A stretch of DNA of 50,446 nucleotides. Origin: Candidatus Dadabacteria bacterium. GTDB taxonomy: Bacteria; Desulfobacterota_D; UBA1144; Nemesobacterales; UBA2774. How positions within the stretch are numbered: position 1 is the first letter of the stretch; each line of letters starts with the position of its first letter. Position numbers and translations under genes: made by a program. Shown here in pieces: positions 34,647 through 45,096 of this stretch. The stretch spans positions 1 through 50,446 of the forward strand of contig JAHKKQ010000002.1 in NCBI GenBank assembly GCA_020027805.1. The letters are read 5' to 3'. The notes beneath the pieces are model-generated. The model was not told the DNA's origin. It made no database searches and saw nothing but the letters and a program-made list of their open reading frames with translations.

Positions 34647-37600
34647 TTAGTTCAGGTCGACCGAAACGACGGTCGAAGTGCCGGACCTATTGGAAGTTAT
34701 GCCGATCAGGGAGTTAACTTGCTGCATGGTCTTCTTGTTATGAGTTATCAGTATTACCTGCGAATTCTTGTCTATTTCTTTAACGAGTTCGATGAAATAG
34801 GACGTGTTCCTGTCGTCGAGCGGGGCGTCAATTTCATCAAATAGAAGAAAAGGCGCGGGCTTTATCAGGCAAGCGGCAATTATGAGCGCGATTGCCGAGA
34901 GGGCCTTCTCGCCCCCTGAAAGGAGTGTGATGGATTGGAATTTTTTACCCCTCGGCCTTACCATGACCTCCACCCCGGATTCCAGCATGTTGTCGGGCTC
35001 GGTCAGCACCAGTTTACCTTCCCCGCCCCTGAACAGGCGGCTGAAAATCTCCTGGAACTTCTGGTCCATCAGCTCAAAAGTTTCTCTGAACCTTTTTTCG
35101 GACTCTTTATCGATCTTGCTTATAGCTTTTCCGAGCGAATTTATGGCCTGATTGAGGTCTTCCATCTGGTCGTTCAAGAATTTATACCTTTCCTCGAGCT
35201 TGTTGTACTCTTCGGGAGCGAGCAGGTTCACCGGACCGAATTTTTCGATCTGTGCCTGCAGTCTCCTCAACCTGGATTCTTCTTCCGGAATATTTATTTC
35301 CCCGGGCTCCTCTGTGCCGGCGAGGTCCGAGACCATGTCCGAGAGATTGCTCCTCTCGATCATGTCGTTGATGTTTTCTGCCTCGATCAGCACGCTGTTG
35401 AGGTCGAGCTCGAGTGAATTATTCCTGAGCCTGAGGTCCGATAATATGGTGTTCAGGTTTTCCCTGGTCTCGTTAGCCGTCCTTGTCTCTTCGGCGATAG
35501 CGCTTCTTTCGTTCTTCATCACCTGAAGCTTCTCTTCGTTTTCAGTAATGGCTTTGTTAATAAGGCCTATTTCCTCTACCGTGTACTTGTCCTTTTCAAT
35601 AAAACTCAGCTTCTCCTGTTTTTTCTCCTCGATATTCCGGGATTCGTGCTCAATGCGGTTATCGATATCCCTTATCCTTATCTCAAGCTCGGTTAAATCC
35701 TCAATGAGGCTCTTTTCCTTTTCTATAAGGGAAGCGCATTTGACCTTCTTTTCAGCGATTTCCCTCTCGACCGCGCGTTCCTCTTCTTCCGCCTTCTGGA
35801 TTTTACCCTCGACGTCCCCGAACCTCTGCTCCAGGACCGACTTCTCCCCATCGAGGCTGGTTATTTTCACCCTCGTATCCTCCATGAGCTGGAGTTTTTC
35901 GTCGGTCTCGACGCCGGTTTTCTCGAGATTTTGATTTATTCCCTCGATCCGTTTCTCGAGTTTCTCGAGGTTGTTTTTGAAATTGAATATGTCTTTCCTT
36001 GTTTCCGCGTCGATAATGCCGGTCTCGACGAGCTCATTCTCAAATCCCTTTATCCCCGAGTTCAAGCTCTTTATTTCGAGCTCGTTCGATTCTATCTCGA
36101 GACTCAGATTGTCGATGCCGCTCTGTAATTCGGTGATTACGGTTTTGAGATTTTCGATCTCCCTCTTTCTCTCAAGCACGCCGGGCTGGGCCGTTCCGCC
36201 GGAAATCGCCCCGTCAGGGTGCAGGTAATCGCCTTCGGCGGTGACGAATGACGCCACGCCCTCCGTTTCCGACTGCATCCTCAAACCATCGCCGAGCGTG
36301 GAGACCATGTATACGCTCTTAAGGAGGTTCTCGATAATGCTCAGTTTATCGTCCAGGCTTACTATTTCCGAAAGCGGCCTGGCATTCAGAAGCCTTCCAT
36401 TCGACTCCGCCAATCGATGTGCCCCTCTTGCCGGTACGAACGTGCCCCTTCCCAGGGAGCGCTGTCTCAGGGAATCTATCGCGCTCAGGGCCTGAGCGTT
36501 CTCCTCGACGAGTATCCATTTGATCTTATCCCCGAGCACCGCTTCCACGGCTCGTTCGTAACCCTCGGGGACCGAAATAAAATCGGATACGGTGCCGAGC
36601 ACCCCGTTGCCCTTGTGCTCGAGTATGAAGTTCCTTATCCCCTCCGGGAGCCATTCGTAATTAGCCTGTATCTGGTCGAGCACCATAAGTCTCGAAGAGC
36701 TCTCGTTGAGCCGCTCCTGAAGCCCGTCGTATTCGCCGCGTTTTTTCGCCTGCGTATCGCTGACGGACGAAAGAGCCGCCTGCAGGCTGTCCCTGGATTC
36801 GGAAACACGCTGCTTTTTGCTTTCATTCTCGAGAAGGATACTCTCCAGGCTTATTATCTCTTCGGCAGCGGCCTTTCTCTCGAGCTCTATTTCGGAGAGC
36901 TCCTTCTCTATTACCTCTCTCTTTGAATAGAGATCCCGTAATTCCTTTTCATAACCCAGGGCCGCCCCTTTCAGCGAGCTGTATTCGTCGAGGGTCTTGA
37001 AGAGAGACGCCCTGATCTCCTGATGCTCGGCGCGGATTGCGGAAAAGCCCGCCTGGATCGCCGCCAGTTTTTCTTCCTTGCCCCCTATCTCGATATTCTC
37101 TTTTCGCAGTTCGAGCCCGACCTCTTCAAGGGCGCTTTTTTTGATCTCGGTCTGCGCCGTCAGGTTCAGGCGCTCGCTCCCGAGCAGCGTCGATTCGCTC
37201 TCTATCTTCTCGATAAACCTCTCGATGCTCGAGATCTCGGTCTTGATCAGGTCCTGTGAGGATATCTTTGCCTGGAGCTCGGTTTTCGTCCGATAGATGT
37301 CGTTTTCACTCTCTCTGATTTTATCGTCGGCGGTTAAGGACTGATTGTTTAATTTTTTGAGGAAGTTAATAACGTGGATTATCTCCTCTTCGGATTTGGC
37401 TATCGATTGTTCGACCGCTGTTTTTTCCCCGCTCGCGGAATCCTTCTTCTTTTCGAGCCTCTCCAGCCTGGCCCTCAGGATTCTGGCTTCGAGCCTCCTC
37501 GATTCCTCGGACAGCTCCCTGAATTCCCCAGCGTGTTTTGCCTGAAGGCTCAGGGTGTCCATCTGCCTCTTTACTTCGTTTACCATGTCTTTTATGCGGC

Positions 37601-38156
37601 TCAGGTTCTCCCTGGTCGTTTTAATCCGGGTCTCCGTCTCCCTCCGCCTCATCTTGTATTTCCTTATGCCTGCGACCTCTTCTATGAGGGTCCTCTTGTC
37701 CTCGGGTTTCGCCGTAATCATCTGATCGACTCTGCCCTGGCCGATAACCGAATATGCCCTGGCCCCGGAACCGGTGTCGATGAATATATCCGTGATGTCC
37801 TTGAGCCTGCACTGGACTCCGTTCAGGTAGTACTCGGTCTCGCCCGAGCGGAATACCCGTCGTTTGATCTCGACCTGCTCGAAATTATAGCCTGAGACAT
37901 TTTCCATAACGAGAGAGACTTCGGCCATTCCGAGGGGTTTCAGGAATTCGCTCCCGTTCGAAATAATCTCTTCCATAACGTTAGCCCGCAGCTGCCTCGG
38001 ATTCTGCTCGCCCAGTATCCACCTGATAGCGTCGAGCACGTTTGATTTCCCGCAGCCGTTGGGGCCGACTATCGCGCTCAAGCGTAGGTCAAAACTAATG
38101 CGGGTCTTTTCGTAGAATGATTTAAAGCCGGTAATTTCCAGGGATTTGATTTTCAT
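34647..38156 (-). CDS. smc: Chromosome segregation protein SMC
   Basis: 1169 aa with an N-terminal Walker A (GPNGCGKSN), long coiled coils, a hinge, the signature motif LSGGEK and Walker B (LLFDEIDAPLD). Confidence 0.95.
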   Translation of the reverse strand: MKIKSLEITGFKSFYEKTRISFDLRLSAIVGPNGCGKSNVLDAIRWILGEQNPRQLRANVMEEIISNGSEFLKPLGMAEVSLVMENVSGYNFEQVEIKRRVFRSGETEYYLNGVQCRLKDITDIFIDTGSGARAYSVIGQGRVDQMITAKPEDKRTLIEEVAGIRKYKMRRRETETRIKTTRENLSRIKDMVNEVKRQMDTLSLQAKHAGEFRELSEESRRLEARILRARLERLEKKKDSASGEKTAVEQSIAKSEEEIIHVINFLKKLNNQSLTADDKIRESENDIYRTKTELQAKISSQDLIKTEISSIERFIEKIESESTLLGSERLNLTAQTEIKKSALEEVGLELRKENIEIGGKEEKLAAIQAGFSAIRAEHQEIRASLFKTLDEYSSLKGAALGYEKELRDLYSKREVIEKELSEIELERKAAAEEIISLESILLENESKKQRVSESRDSLQAALSSVSDTQAKKRGEYDGLQERLNESSSRLMVLDQIQANYEWLPEGIRNFILEHKGNGVLGTVSDFISVPEGYERAVEAVLGDKIKWILVEENAQALSAIDSLRQRSLGRGTFVPARGAHRLAESNGRLLNARPLSEIVSLDDKLSIIENLLKSVYMVSTLGDGLRMQSETEGVASFVTAEGDYLHPDGAISGGTAQPGVLERKREIENLKTVITELQSGIDNLSLEIESNELEIKSLNSGIKGFENELVETGIIDAETRKDIFNFKNNLEKLEKRIEGINQNLEKTGVETDEKLQLMEDTRVKITSLDGEKSVLEQRFGDVEGKIQKAEEEERAVEREIAEKKVKCASLIEKEKSLIEDLTELEIRIRDIDNRIEHESRNIEEKKQEKLSFIEKDKYTVEEIGLINKAITENEEKLQVMKNERSAIAEETRTANETRENLNTILSDLRLRNNSLELDLNSVLIEAENINDMIERSNLSDMVSDLAGTEEPGEINIPEEESRLRRLQAQIEKFGPVNLLAPEEYNKLEERYKFLNDQMEDLNQAINSLGKAISKIDKESEKRFRETFELMDQKFQEIFSRLFRGGEGKLVLTEPDNMLESGVEVMVRPRGKKFQSITLLSGGEKALSAIALIIAACLIKPAPFLLFDEIDAPLDDRNTSYFIELVKEIDKNSQVILITHNKKTMQQVNSLIGITSNRSGTSTVVSVDLN

Positions 38157-38253
38157 CGCTTAATCTAATGAGTGAAGATAATCAAAAGTTTAAAAAAAGT
38201 AAATATCCGAAGAAATAATACGGCTTGCGGGATTTCGGGGCGTTTTGATTAAA

Positions 38254-40833
38254 TTACTTTTTAAATAAGCTGGACCAGAAGTTTTTTTCTATCTTTTTGT
38301 CGTTCTTAATGTTCGTTTTGCGGGTGTTGATAAGCCGGACCTCTCTCTTTGCCTCGATGAAGTCGGGATCGAGCTCGATCGCTTTTTCGAAATACTTTTC
38401 TGCCTTCCTGAGTTCGTTCGTGTATTTGTACACGGAACCGAGGTAGTAATAATTCTCGGGTATCTTATCGTTCATTCTTAACGCGGTCTCGAGAGAGTTT
38501 TTGACCTCTTCCAGGACCGGTGACTTGTCCTCGGCAGCGAGGAACCTGGCCCATGCGAGCGCCCCCAGATACGCGGCTTCGTCCGGGTTCATATTCACCG
38601 CTTCCCTGATCTTCTTTTCCGCTTCGGCGTAGTCGCGCTGTATCAGGAGCGTAATACCCTTTTTAAAGGTCATCTCCGCCTCATATATATATTTCGCCTG
38701 GGACTTGAGTACGGTAAGCTCCTCGTGCGAGTTGTATTGTTCCTTTTTATCACTTTCGGAAAGGGTTTCATACGCGGTCGTGATCTGCGTGAAGATTTCT
38801 TCCGCTTTTGCTCTGGTGTCCTGGTCCGCGTTAGGGTTGACGTCGGGGTGGTAGTATTTTACGAGTTTATAATAAGCGTCTCTTATCTCTTCGTTCGAGG
38901 CGTCCTGAGATATGCCGAGGATCTCGTAGTAATCCTGCCGCTGGATTTTCAGATGGAATTCGGATACGTGGTCGCTGAAATCAGCCGGGGTCGGCTTTCC
39001 GGCGGGCGCGATCTCCGTACCCCCGGCTAATGGGGCATCTGATTGGCCGGCGAAAATAAACTCGACTCCCTTCTCCGGGGGCTCGATGTCGTTATCATTT
39101 TCTCTGTCGCCGATTATGCCCTGATAAGGCTGAAAAAGGCCGCTCATGTCGTCGGTTGCCATATTGTCCCGAGCCTCATTACCGGAAGAAAAAGGATCCA
39201 GCTCCGGCCCGGTCTCTTGACCCCCGTTGTCGAACCCGCCGGTTTCCTGATACTTCCGGCTCTGGAACCGCCCGCTAAGGAAGGGGTCGTCTTCCTTCGA
39301 GGTTTCATCGTCTCCGGTCTCCCGGTCTGAATCTAACTCGAGCTCATAGACGGATGAGCTCGCCCGGGGCTCTTCCGGCGCGGTTATGCCTTCCCGGTCA
39401 GTCACATGAAAAACCGTTTCATTCCCGTTCTCTTCGATATGGGACGGATCGGATGTATCCGGGGATTTTATCGGCTCCATCACTTCCTCGTTCATGACGG
39501 ATGGGGCATTTACCAAGCCGATGTCCTCTTGCGCGCTTACATTTGACCAATCGAGCCCCGCTGCCGGACGATCCGCATCCATGTATGTTTGATTGATGAA
39601 ATCTTCCTGTCCGTTATCAAAGCCGTGCTCAGTCACGGTTCCGGATTCCCCTTCGTCCGGATCTCCGGGGACGTCCTCGGTATCGGCCGGATTTTCTCGT
39701 GCCACATCAGCTCCTGCCGACTTCTCATTTTCTCTTATAAGTTTCTTTATCGAGTCCCTGCCGATCTCGTCGGCGGAGACGCCGCTCATGCTAACCAGCT
39801 TGAACAGCATGAGGAAATACAGGAGCTTGAGGGTATCGGGTCTTTCGAGCTTCGATCCTTCGAGTACTTCCCTCACCGTCGCTCTCGGCTTCAAGAGCTG
39901 CACGAACCTGAGCTCTTTAGGTTTGAGACCGAGGCTGTTAATATCGTTTTTTAATCTCGGATCAACCATGATTGTCGGGTTTGATTCTTCGAGGCTTTCG
40001 ACGTCTACGTACCTTTTGACGCCTTCGTAGATTACCTTGCATAAATCGACCTGATACGAAACTATCCTGTCCGCGAATTCGTCACCGCTTTTAAACACAT
40101 ATTTCCCGTTGATGTAGTAAAACCCCTTGAGTATTTTTTCCTGTATCTGGAACTCCAGAAAGCTGTTCAACTCGTGCGGGGAAGAGATGCCCATTTCAAA
40201 AAGTATCTGGCCGAATTTCTGTTTGTTTTTAGTAGCCATGTCGACGGCTTTTTCATACGTCTCTTGGTCAATCCTGCCGCTCTTGAGGAGGATCCTCCCT
40301 ATCGCCGTATCGATGTCTCCGCCCTCCGCGAACACCGGGTTCCCCTTAATAAAATAGATAATAAAGTCTGTATTCGCGGATATGGACAGGATCCCGCTTC
40401 TCTTCTTAAAATAAATATCGATGAGGAGGCTCGGATAGAACGTAGCACCGAGGCTTCCCTCGTCCCCGTTGCCGGGGGATTTCTCGGACTGCTGATTCGG
40501 AATGCCCGTTCTCAGGAAGTCGAAAAGTGAGTTGATCTGTGTTTTATCGTCGAATATCAGTACCGACCTGGTCCCGGCTTTCAATCCCTGTCCGCTGTTA
40601 ATGTCCACGATCTCGAACTCATTTGAGTCCGTGATTGCATTTATAAATGTTTCCAGGGGATTGTGAGACGTGTTCTCTATGACCGTAAGTTTGGGTTTCT
40701 CATATAAAAGTCTTTCGAGGCCTTCCTTGTAATTTAAAACTACTTTTCCGTATAGTTCTCTCAGCGCCAAGAACTCTTTCAAGACGTAACAGTAATCCCT
40801 GTCCGAACCGATTATTAGAGCGCTGTTAGGCAA
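38254..40833 (-). CDS. Multidomain J-protein: pseudo-receiver, DUF4388-like, acidic disordered linker, DnaJ J-domain, TPR repeats
   Basis: 859 aa. The J-domain reads DYYEILGISQDASNEEIRDAYYKLVKYYHPDVNP, with HPD present. The N-terminal region resembles REC but lacks the phospho-acceptor context. SGILSISANTDFIIYFIKGNPVFAEGG...GRILLKSGRI...FGQILFEMGI resembles DUF4388. The C-terminus has TPR-like repeats. Confidence 0.8.
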   Translation of the reverse strand: MPNSALIIGSDRDYCYVLKEFLALRELYGKVVLNYKEGLERLLYEKPKLTVIENTSHNPLETFINAITDSNEFEIVDINSGQGLKAGTRSVLIFDDKTQINSLFDFLRTGIPNQQSEKSPGNGDEGSLGATFYPSLLIDIYFKKRSGILSISANTDFIIYFIKGNPVFAEGGDIDTAIGRILLKSGRIDQETYEKAVDMATKNKQKFGQILFEMGISSPHELNSFLEFQIQEKILKGFYYINGKYVFKSGDEFADRIVSYQVDLCKVIYEGVKRYVDVESLEESNPTIMVDPRLKNDINSLGLKPKELRFVQLLKPRATVREVLEGSKLERPDTLKLLYFLMLFKLVSMSGVSADEIGRDSIKKLIRENEKSAGADVARENPADTEDVPGDPDEGESGTVTEHGFDNGQEDFINQTYMDADRPAAGLDWSNVSAQEDIGLVNAPSVMNEEVMEPIKSPDTSDPSHIEENGNETVFHVTDREGITAPEEPRASSSVYELELDSDRETGDDETSKEDDPFLSGRFQSRKYQETGGFDNGGQETGPELDPFSSGNEARDNMATDDMSGLFQPYQGIIGDRENDNDIEPPEKGVEFIFAGQSDAPLAGGTEIAPAGKPTPADFSDHVSEFHLKIQRQDYYEILGISQDASNEEIRDAYYKLVKYYHPDVNPNADQDTRAKAEEIFTQITTAYETLSESDKKEQYNSHEELTVLKSQAKYIYEAEMTFKKGITLLIQRDYAEAEKKIREAVNMNPDEAAYLGALAWARFLAAEDKSPVLEEVKNSLETALRMNDKIPENYYYLGSVYKYTNELRKAEKYFEKAIELDPDFIEAKREVRLINTRKTNIKNDKKIEKNFWSSLFKK

Positions 40834-40861
40834 TTGTATCTCCGACCCCTCGACGCTGCCG

Positions 40862-42466
40862 TCATCCCTGTGACGGGAATAGTTCGCTATTCGGTACGAT
40901 TTCCGCCTGTCGTCTCAGGTCCTGGATCATTTTCTGTATGACCTGTGAACGCTGCTTTTGCAGTTCCTGTTCCATCAAATCATCCTTTGCCGCGGTAAAA
41001 TTCTCGGGGCTGGCGATTTTTACATCTTTGACCGAAATGATATAGAAATTGTCGCCGTCATCGTAGATCCTGGTCGGTACCCCGGCCTTAGGATCGAGCT
41101 CGAAAGCTTCGGCGCTCACCATCTGGGAATCTATCTGAGGCACCTTTTCCGACCGGGAAAAAAATCCGGTCTCCTTCAGGTCGAGGCCGAGCTTCTTTGC
41201 CTCAGCAGGGAGTTTCTCATTCTTGACGCCTTTCAGTTTCATAATCGATGCTTGTGCCGTCTTCCTGGCCGTCTGAACGGATTTTTCGCGTTTTAACGCC
41301 TCGGCCGCTTCCTTTTTCGCTTCCTCGAAGGTTCTCTCTCTCGGATGGACTATCTCCTTCACCTCCACAACCCAGATATTGGCCCCGACCGGGATTATGG
41401 AAACCCTGCCCTTGTCAATACCGAAAGCCTGACGTGTGATCATAGGCGGTATGTCGGATGTATTGCCACTTGCCGAAAAGGGTTTGCTCTCGGAAATTGT
41501 TACTATGGAAAATTCCTTGGCTATCGCGTCGATTCCGGTACCGCCCCCTTCGGGATTATCGAGCCTGGCCATGAACTGCTGGCGGAGCTCTTCCGCCTTT
41601 TGTGCTTTCAGCTTTGATTCAATATCTTTCTTCGCTCCGGCGAGCGGTATCTGCTTGCCGTCCGGTGACTTGAATTCTTCAGGGTAGGCGTTGTAATAAG
41701 AGTTGATTTCATCTTCTGATACCTGGATATTCTTTTCGAAGGTTTCCGGGCCAAGTGTGAAATAGCGGATTTGTCTCATCTCGGCAGTCTTTAACCCGCC
41801 TTTGTGTTTCTGGTAGTAAAGTTTTATCTCATCCTCGCTCGGGGTGTAAGAGTCGGCGTAGTCGTTTCCGGAGAACTTTATATAATACAGGTTGATCTCA
41901 TCGTTCTGCCTCTTGTAGACGTCCAGCAGGTTCTCTTCCGTTATAAGCGCCGTTTCGTCGAGGAAACCCGCGAACTTCTCGGCCAGGAGTCTCTCTCTGT
42001 AAGAATTCTCGAATTCCCCTATGTCCTGCTTAAGGGCCTGCTCTATGAATTGCTTATACCTCTCCGCCCCTACGAACTTCCCATCAATCTGGAAATTCGG
42101 GTCCGATTTGATAGCATCGTCGAGCTCTTCGTTCGTCACCTTAAATCCGAGGCCCTTTGCTTTTTGAGCCAGGAGCTTGAGATTAATAAGCTGATTCAGC
42201 GCTATTATATTGATCTGATTAAGATATTCCTCGGGTATTTCGCCTCCCTGGCCGAACTGTGTCTTCAGGCTGTCCCTCATCAGATAGAAATTGACGAGGC
42301 TGACATCCTCCCCGTTGACCTTCGCGGCTGTCCTGTTCGGGACCTGGGTGATAGCGCCGAAATCACTGAGATTGTATCCGATGCCTATAATGAATGCGAC
42401 GGCGATCAGGATCAAAATCCCTCTGATAAACCAGCTGTGTCTGTTACGAATGAAATTGAGACTCAT
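40862..42466 (-). CDS. PpiD/SurA-N-terminal-domain periplasmic chaperone-like protein
   Basis: 534 aa with an N-terminal membrane anchor (WFIRGILILIAVAFIIGIGY) and a SurA_N-like region. I could not recognise an intact parvulin catalytic motif. Confidence 0.75.
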   Translation of the reverse strand: MSLNFIRNRHSWFIRGILILIAVAFIIGIGYNLSDFGAITQVPNRTAAKVNGEDVSLVNFYLMRDSLKTQFGQGGEIPEEYLNQINIIALNQLINLKLLAQKAKGLGFKVTNEELDDAIKSDPNFQIDGKFVGAERYKQFIEQALKQDIGEFENSYRERLLAEKFAGFLDETALITEENLLDVYKRQNDEINLYYIKFSGNDYADSYTPSEDEIKLYYQKHKGGLKTAEMRQIRYFTLGPETFEKNIQVSEDEINSYYNAYPEEFKSPDGKQIPLAGAKKDIESKLKAQKAEELRQQFMARLDNPEGGGTGIDAIAKEFSIVTISESKPFSASGNTSDIPPMITRQAFGIDKGRVSIIPVGANIWVVEVKEIVHPRERTFEEAKKEAAEALKREKSVQTARKTAQASIMKLKGVKNEKLPAEAKKLGLDLKETGFFSRSEKVPQIDSQMVSAEAFELDPKAGVPTRIYDDGDNFYIISVKDVKIASPENFTAAKDDLMEQELQKQRSQVIQKMIQDLRRQAEIVPNSELFPSQG

Positions 42467-42637
42467 TTGCTTATATTCCCCTTTGATGCTGAATTCTTAT
42501 AAAAATCTATATCACTTCCTCTTCAGTTTCAACAAGCCGGGTTCCGGGTGAGCCATATTCGGGTTTCAAACCGGGCAGAATAAACGATAGCCCTGTTCTC
42601 CGCTCTCTTAATCCGGGCGGAAGGGTTTTGGATCAAC

Positions 42638-42666
42638 TTGACAGTCCCGGCACGCTCAAATATTCT
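42638..42666 (+). promoter_or_regulatory. Candidate sigma-70 promoter for cofD
   Basis: TTGACA-N17-TATTCT, about 80 nt upstream of the cofD ATG. Confidence 0.35.
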
Positions 42667-42744
42667 TAAGCCCTTCTTAAGACCGGAGTTGTTAAAAATA
42701 AAGAATCTGTTTTTCATTTTCTCTTTTCTCGAAGGTATATCCCA

Positions 42745-43671
42745 ATGATAACTGCTTTAGGCGGAGGCGTAGGCGCCGCTAAATTCCTGGAAGGGCTATC
42801 TGAAGTAATCGGCGGGGAGAGTCTGTCGGTTGTCGTAAATACCGGTGACGACATCATTTTACACGGTCTCAGGATCTCTCCCGATCTCGATACAATAATA
42901 TACAGGCTTTCGGGCATGATAGATACTAACAAGGGGTGGGGGGTAAGGGGCGATACCTTCGACTGCCTTTCAGCACTTTCGAGATTCGGCTCCGAAACCT
43001 GGTTCAATATCGGGGATATCGATTTCGCCACCCATCTATACAGGACGCGATTGAGGCAGGAGGGGTTCACTGCCTCTCAGGTCACATCGGAGCTAGCCAG
43101 GGCCTTCGGTTTAAAAGAGGGCATCACGGTCCTTCCAATGACGGATGAGGACGTTGAGACATGGATCGTAACCGACGAAGGGGAAATGCACTTCCAGGAA
43201 TATTTTGTTAAACGGAAGATGAAGCCGGACGTGCTGAAGGTGGTTTTCAGGAATATTGAAAGGGCCGTGCCCGCTCCGGGCGTAATAGAAGCGATAAAGC
43301 TTGCCAGGGTGATTATTCTTTGCCCCAGCAACCCCATAATAAGCATAGGGCCGATACTCAATGTAAAGGGCATAGGTAAAGCGCTCAGGGCCGCGGGCGC
43401 GAGGATTATCGCAATAAGCCCGCTTATAGGCGGGGTGCCGCTGAAGGGTCCTGCGGACAAGCTGATGAGGGGACTCGGGCTCGAGGTGTCTTCTGCGGGG
43501 GTTGCCAGGTTCTATAGGGATTTTCTCGACGTCATGGTTATCGACACGGAAGACGCCCGGGAGGCCGAAATAATCAGCGATATGGGGATCAAACCCGTCG
43601 TGCTCGACACCCTGATGTCCGATCATTCCAGGGCGGCTAAACTCGCCTCAGCCGTGCTCTCCGAAATATAA
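42745..43671 (+). CDS. cofD: 2-phospho-L-lactate transferase (F420 biosynthesis)
   Basis: 308 aa, collinear with my recollection of CofD/FbiA: LGGGVGAAKFL, VVNTGDD..HGLRISPDLDT, GWGVRGDT, CPSNPIISIGPIL, SPLIGG.PLKGPA. Confidence 0.9.
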   Translation: MITALGGGVGAAKFLEGLSEVIGGESLSVVVNTGDDIILHGLRISPDLDTIIYRLSGMIDTNKGWGVRGDTFDCLSALSRFGSETWFNIGDIDFATHLYRTRLRQEGFTASQVTSELARAFGLKEGITVLPMTDEDVETWIVTDEGEMHFQEYFVKRKMKPDVLKVVFRNIERAVPAPGVIEAIKLARVIILCPSNPIISIGPILNVKGIGKALRAAGARIIAISPLIGGVPLKGPADKLMRGLGLEVSSAGVARFYRDFLDVMVIDTEDAREAEIISDMGIKPVVLDTLMSDHSRAAKLASAVLSEI

Positions 43672-43815
43672 CCGCCGGCCGGTTCTCCTTGACAAGTTTT
43701 ACCCGTTTATGCGATGATTAACAGGTTAATCAGGGGTGATATCCGTTACAATTATTGTTGGGTCAAGACTTTCATCTGATTAAATATCTGGTTTAATTAT
43801 ATACTTGGGATAAAC

Positions 43816-45096
43816 ATGGCATCACTTGATAAAAAATCGGATTGCTGTTCCGGCATTGCGCCGGCTGAATACGTGTTCGCCATGCCGGCCGGAGTATCCG
43901 GGCCGGTCGGGGCGGAATCGCCTCAATTACAGGAGATTCTATCTAGGGCTGCAAACGGGGAGCCCCTCCTACGCGAAGACGCGATCTCGCTCTCAAAGCT
44001 GCGGAAGGAAGAACTGCCGTTCCTTCTCCGGTCAGCCTCAAGAATAAGAGACAAGGGGAAGGGGAAGACGCTTACGTTCTCGAGGAACGTTTTCGTTCCC
44101 CTCACACAGATTTGCCGTAACCGCTGCGGATACTGTACATTCAAATACGAGCCCGGAGAGGGCCCGCTTTTTCTCATGCCCGAAGAGGTCGTGGAGATGG
44201 CGAAGAAGGGGGCTGAGCTCGGCTGCACCGAGCTCCTCTTCGTGACCGGAGACAAACCCGAGCTCCTTTACCCCGTGTACCGGGAAGCCCTTGGCAAGCT
44301 CGGATATAAGAGCACGGCCGAATACCTCATCGCTATGGGAGAGGCGGGCTTGAGGGAGCGCATATTCCCTCACACTAACCTCGGTCTCGCCACAAGGGAC
44401 GAGCTTACTGCATTCAGGGAATCGAATCCGAGCATGGGCCTGATGCTCGAGAACATAAGCCCGAGGCTACTCAAAAAGGGTGAGGCTCATCACGGATGCC
44501 CCGATAAAGTGCCCGGGCACAGGATGAAGACAATGGAGTGGGCGGGGGAGCTTCAGATTCCATGGACCTCGGGGATACTCGTCGGCATCGGTGAGACGTG
44601 GGAGGAGAGGATAGACTCACTTTACGCGTTAAAAGAGCTCAACGACGCGTTCGGTCATATTCAGGAAATAATCATTCAGAATTTCAGCCCGAAGCGGGGG
44701 ATAACCATGGAGAAGTACCCGCCGCCCGATTTCATCGACATGCTTAAGATAGTGGCGATCTCGAGGCTCATATTCGGCGAGGGGATGAACATACAGATTC
44801 CGCCGAACCTCAATCCCGATACTTATCCGCTGTTCGTCCACGCGGGCGTAAACGACCTGGGGGGCGTGTCCCCGATTACGATAGATTACGTCAACCCGGA
44901 AGCCCCGTGGCCGAAGCTCGAAAGAATGCGAAATATTATAGAGGATATGGGTTTTACACTCAGGGAGAGACTACCCGTATACCCGGAATTCATAGGCCGT
45001 AAATACATAAACGACGATCTGCTCAGGCTGGTAAAGGATGCCGTGGACGAGCAGGGATACGTCCTTTCCGAGGAGGTACACAATGGAACATATTAA
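43816..45096 (+). CDS. cofG: FO synthase subunit 1 (7,8-didemethyl-8-hydroxy-5-deazariboflavin synthase, CofG)
   Basis: 426 aa with the radical-SAM motif CRNRCGYCTF. It sits immediately after cofD and before cofH. The N-terminal ~20 residues may be over-extended. Confidence 0.88.
   Translation: MASLDKKSDCCSGIAPAEYVFAMPAGVSGPVGAESPQLQEILSRAANGEPLLREDAISLSKLRKEELPFLLRSASRIRDKGKGKTLTFSRNVFVPLTQICRNRCGYCTFKYEPGEGPLFLMPEEVVEMAKKGAELGCTELLFVTGDKPELLYPVYREALGKLGYKSTAEYLIAMGEAGLRERIFPHTNLGLATRDELTAFRESNPSMGLMLENISPRLLKKGEAHHGCPDKVPGHRMKTMEWAGELQIPWTSGILVGIGETWEERIDSLYALKELNDAFGHIQEIIIQNFSPKRGITMEKYPPPDFIDMLKIVAISRLIFGEGMNIQIPPNLNPDTYPLFVHAGVNDLGGVSPITIDYVNPEAPWPKLERMRNIIEDMGFTLRERLPVYPEFIGRKYINDDLLRLVKDAVDEQGYVLSEEVHNGTY

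Noticed and set aside
45038-45082. Tracked upstream alternative start for cofH at 45038, giving a 59-nt overlap with cofG.
   Set aside because: ATG 45083 is preceded by a perfect AGGAGG at the correct distance and yields a sensible N-terminus. The upstream codons are just the cofG 3' end read in another frame.
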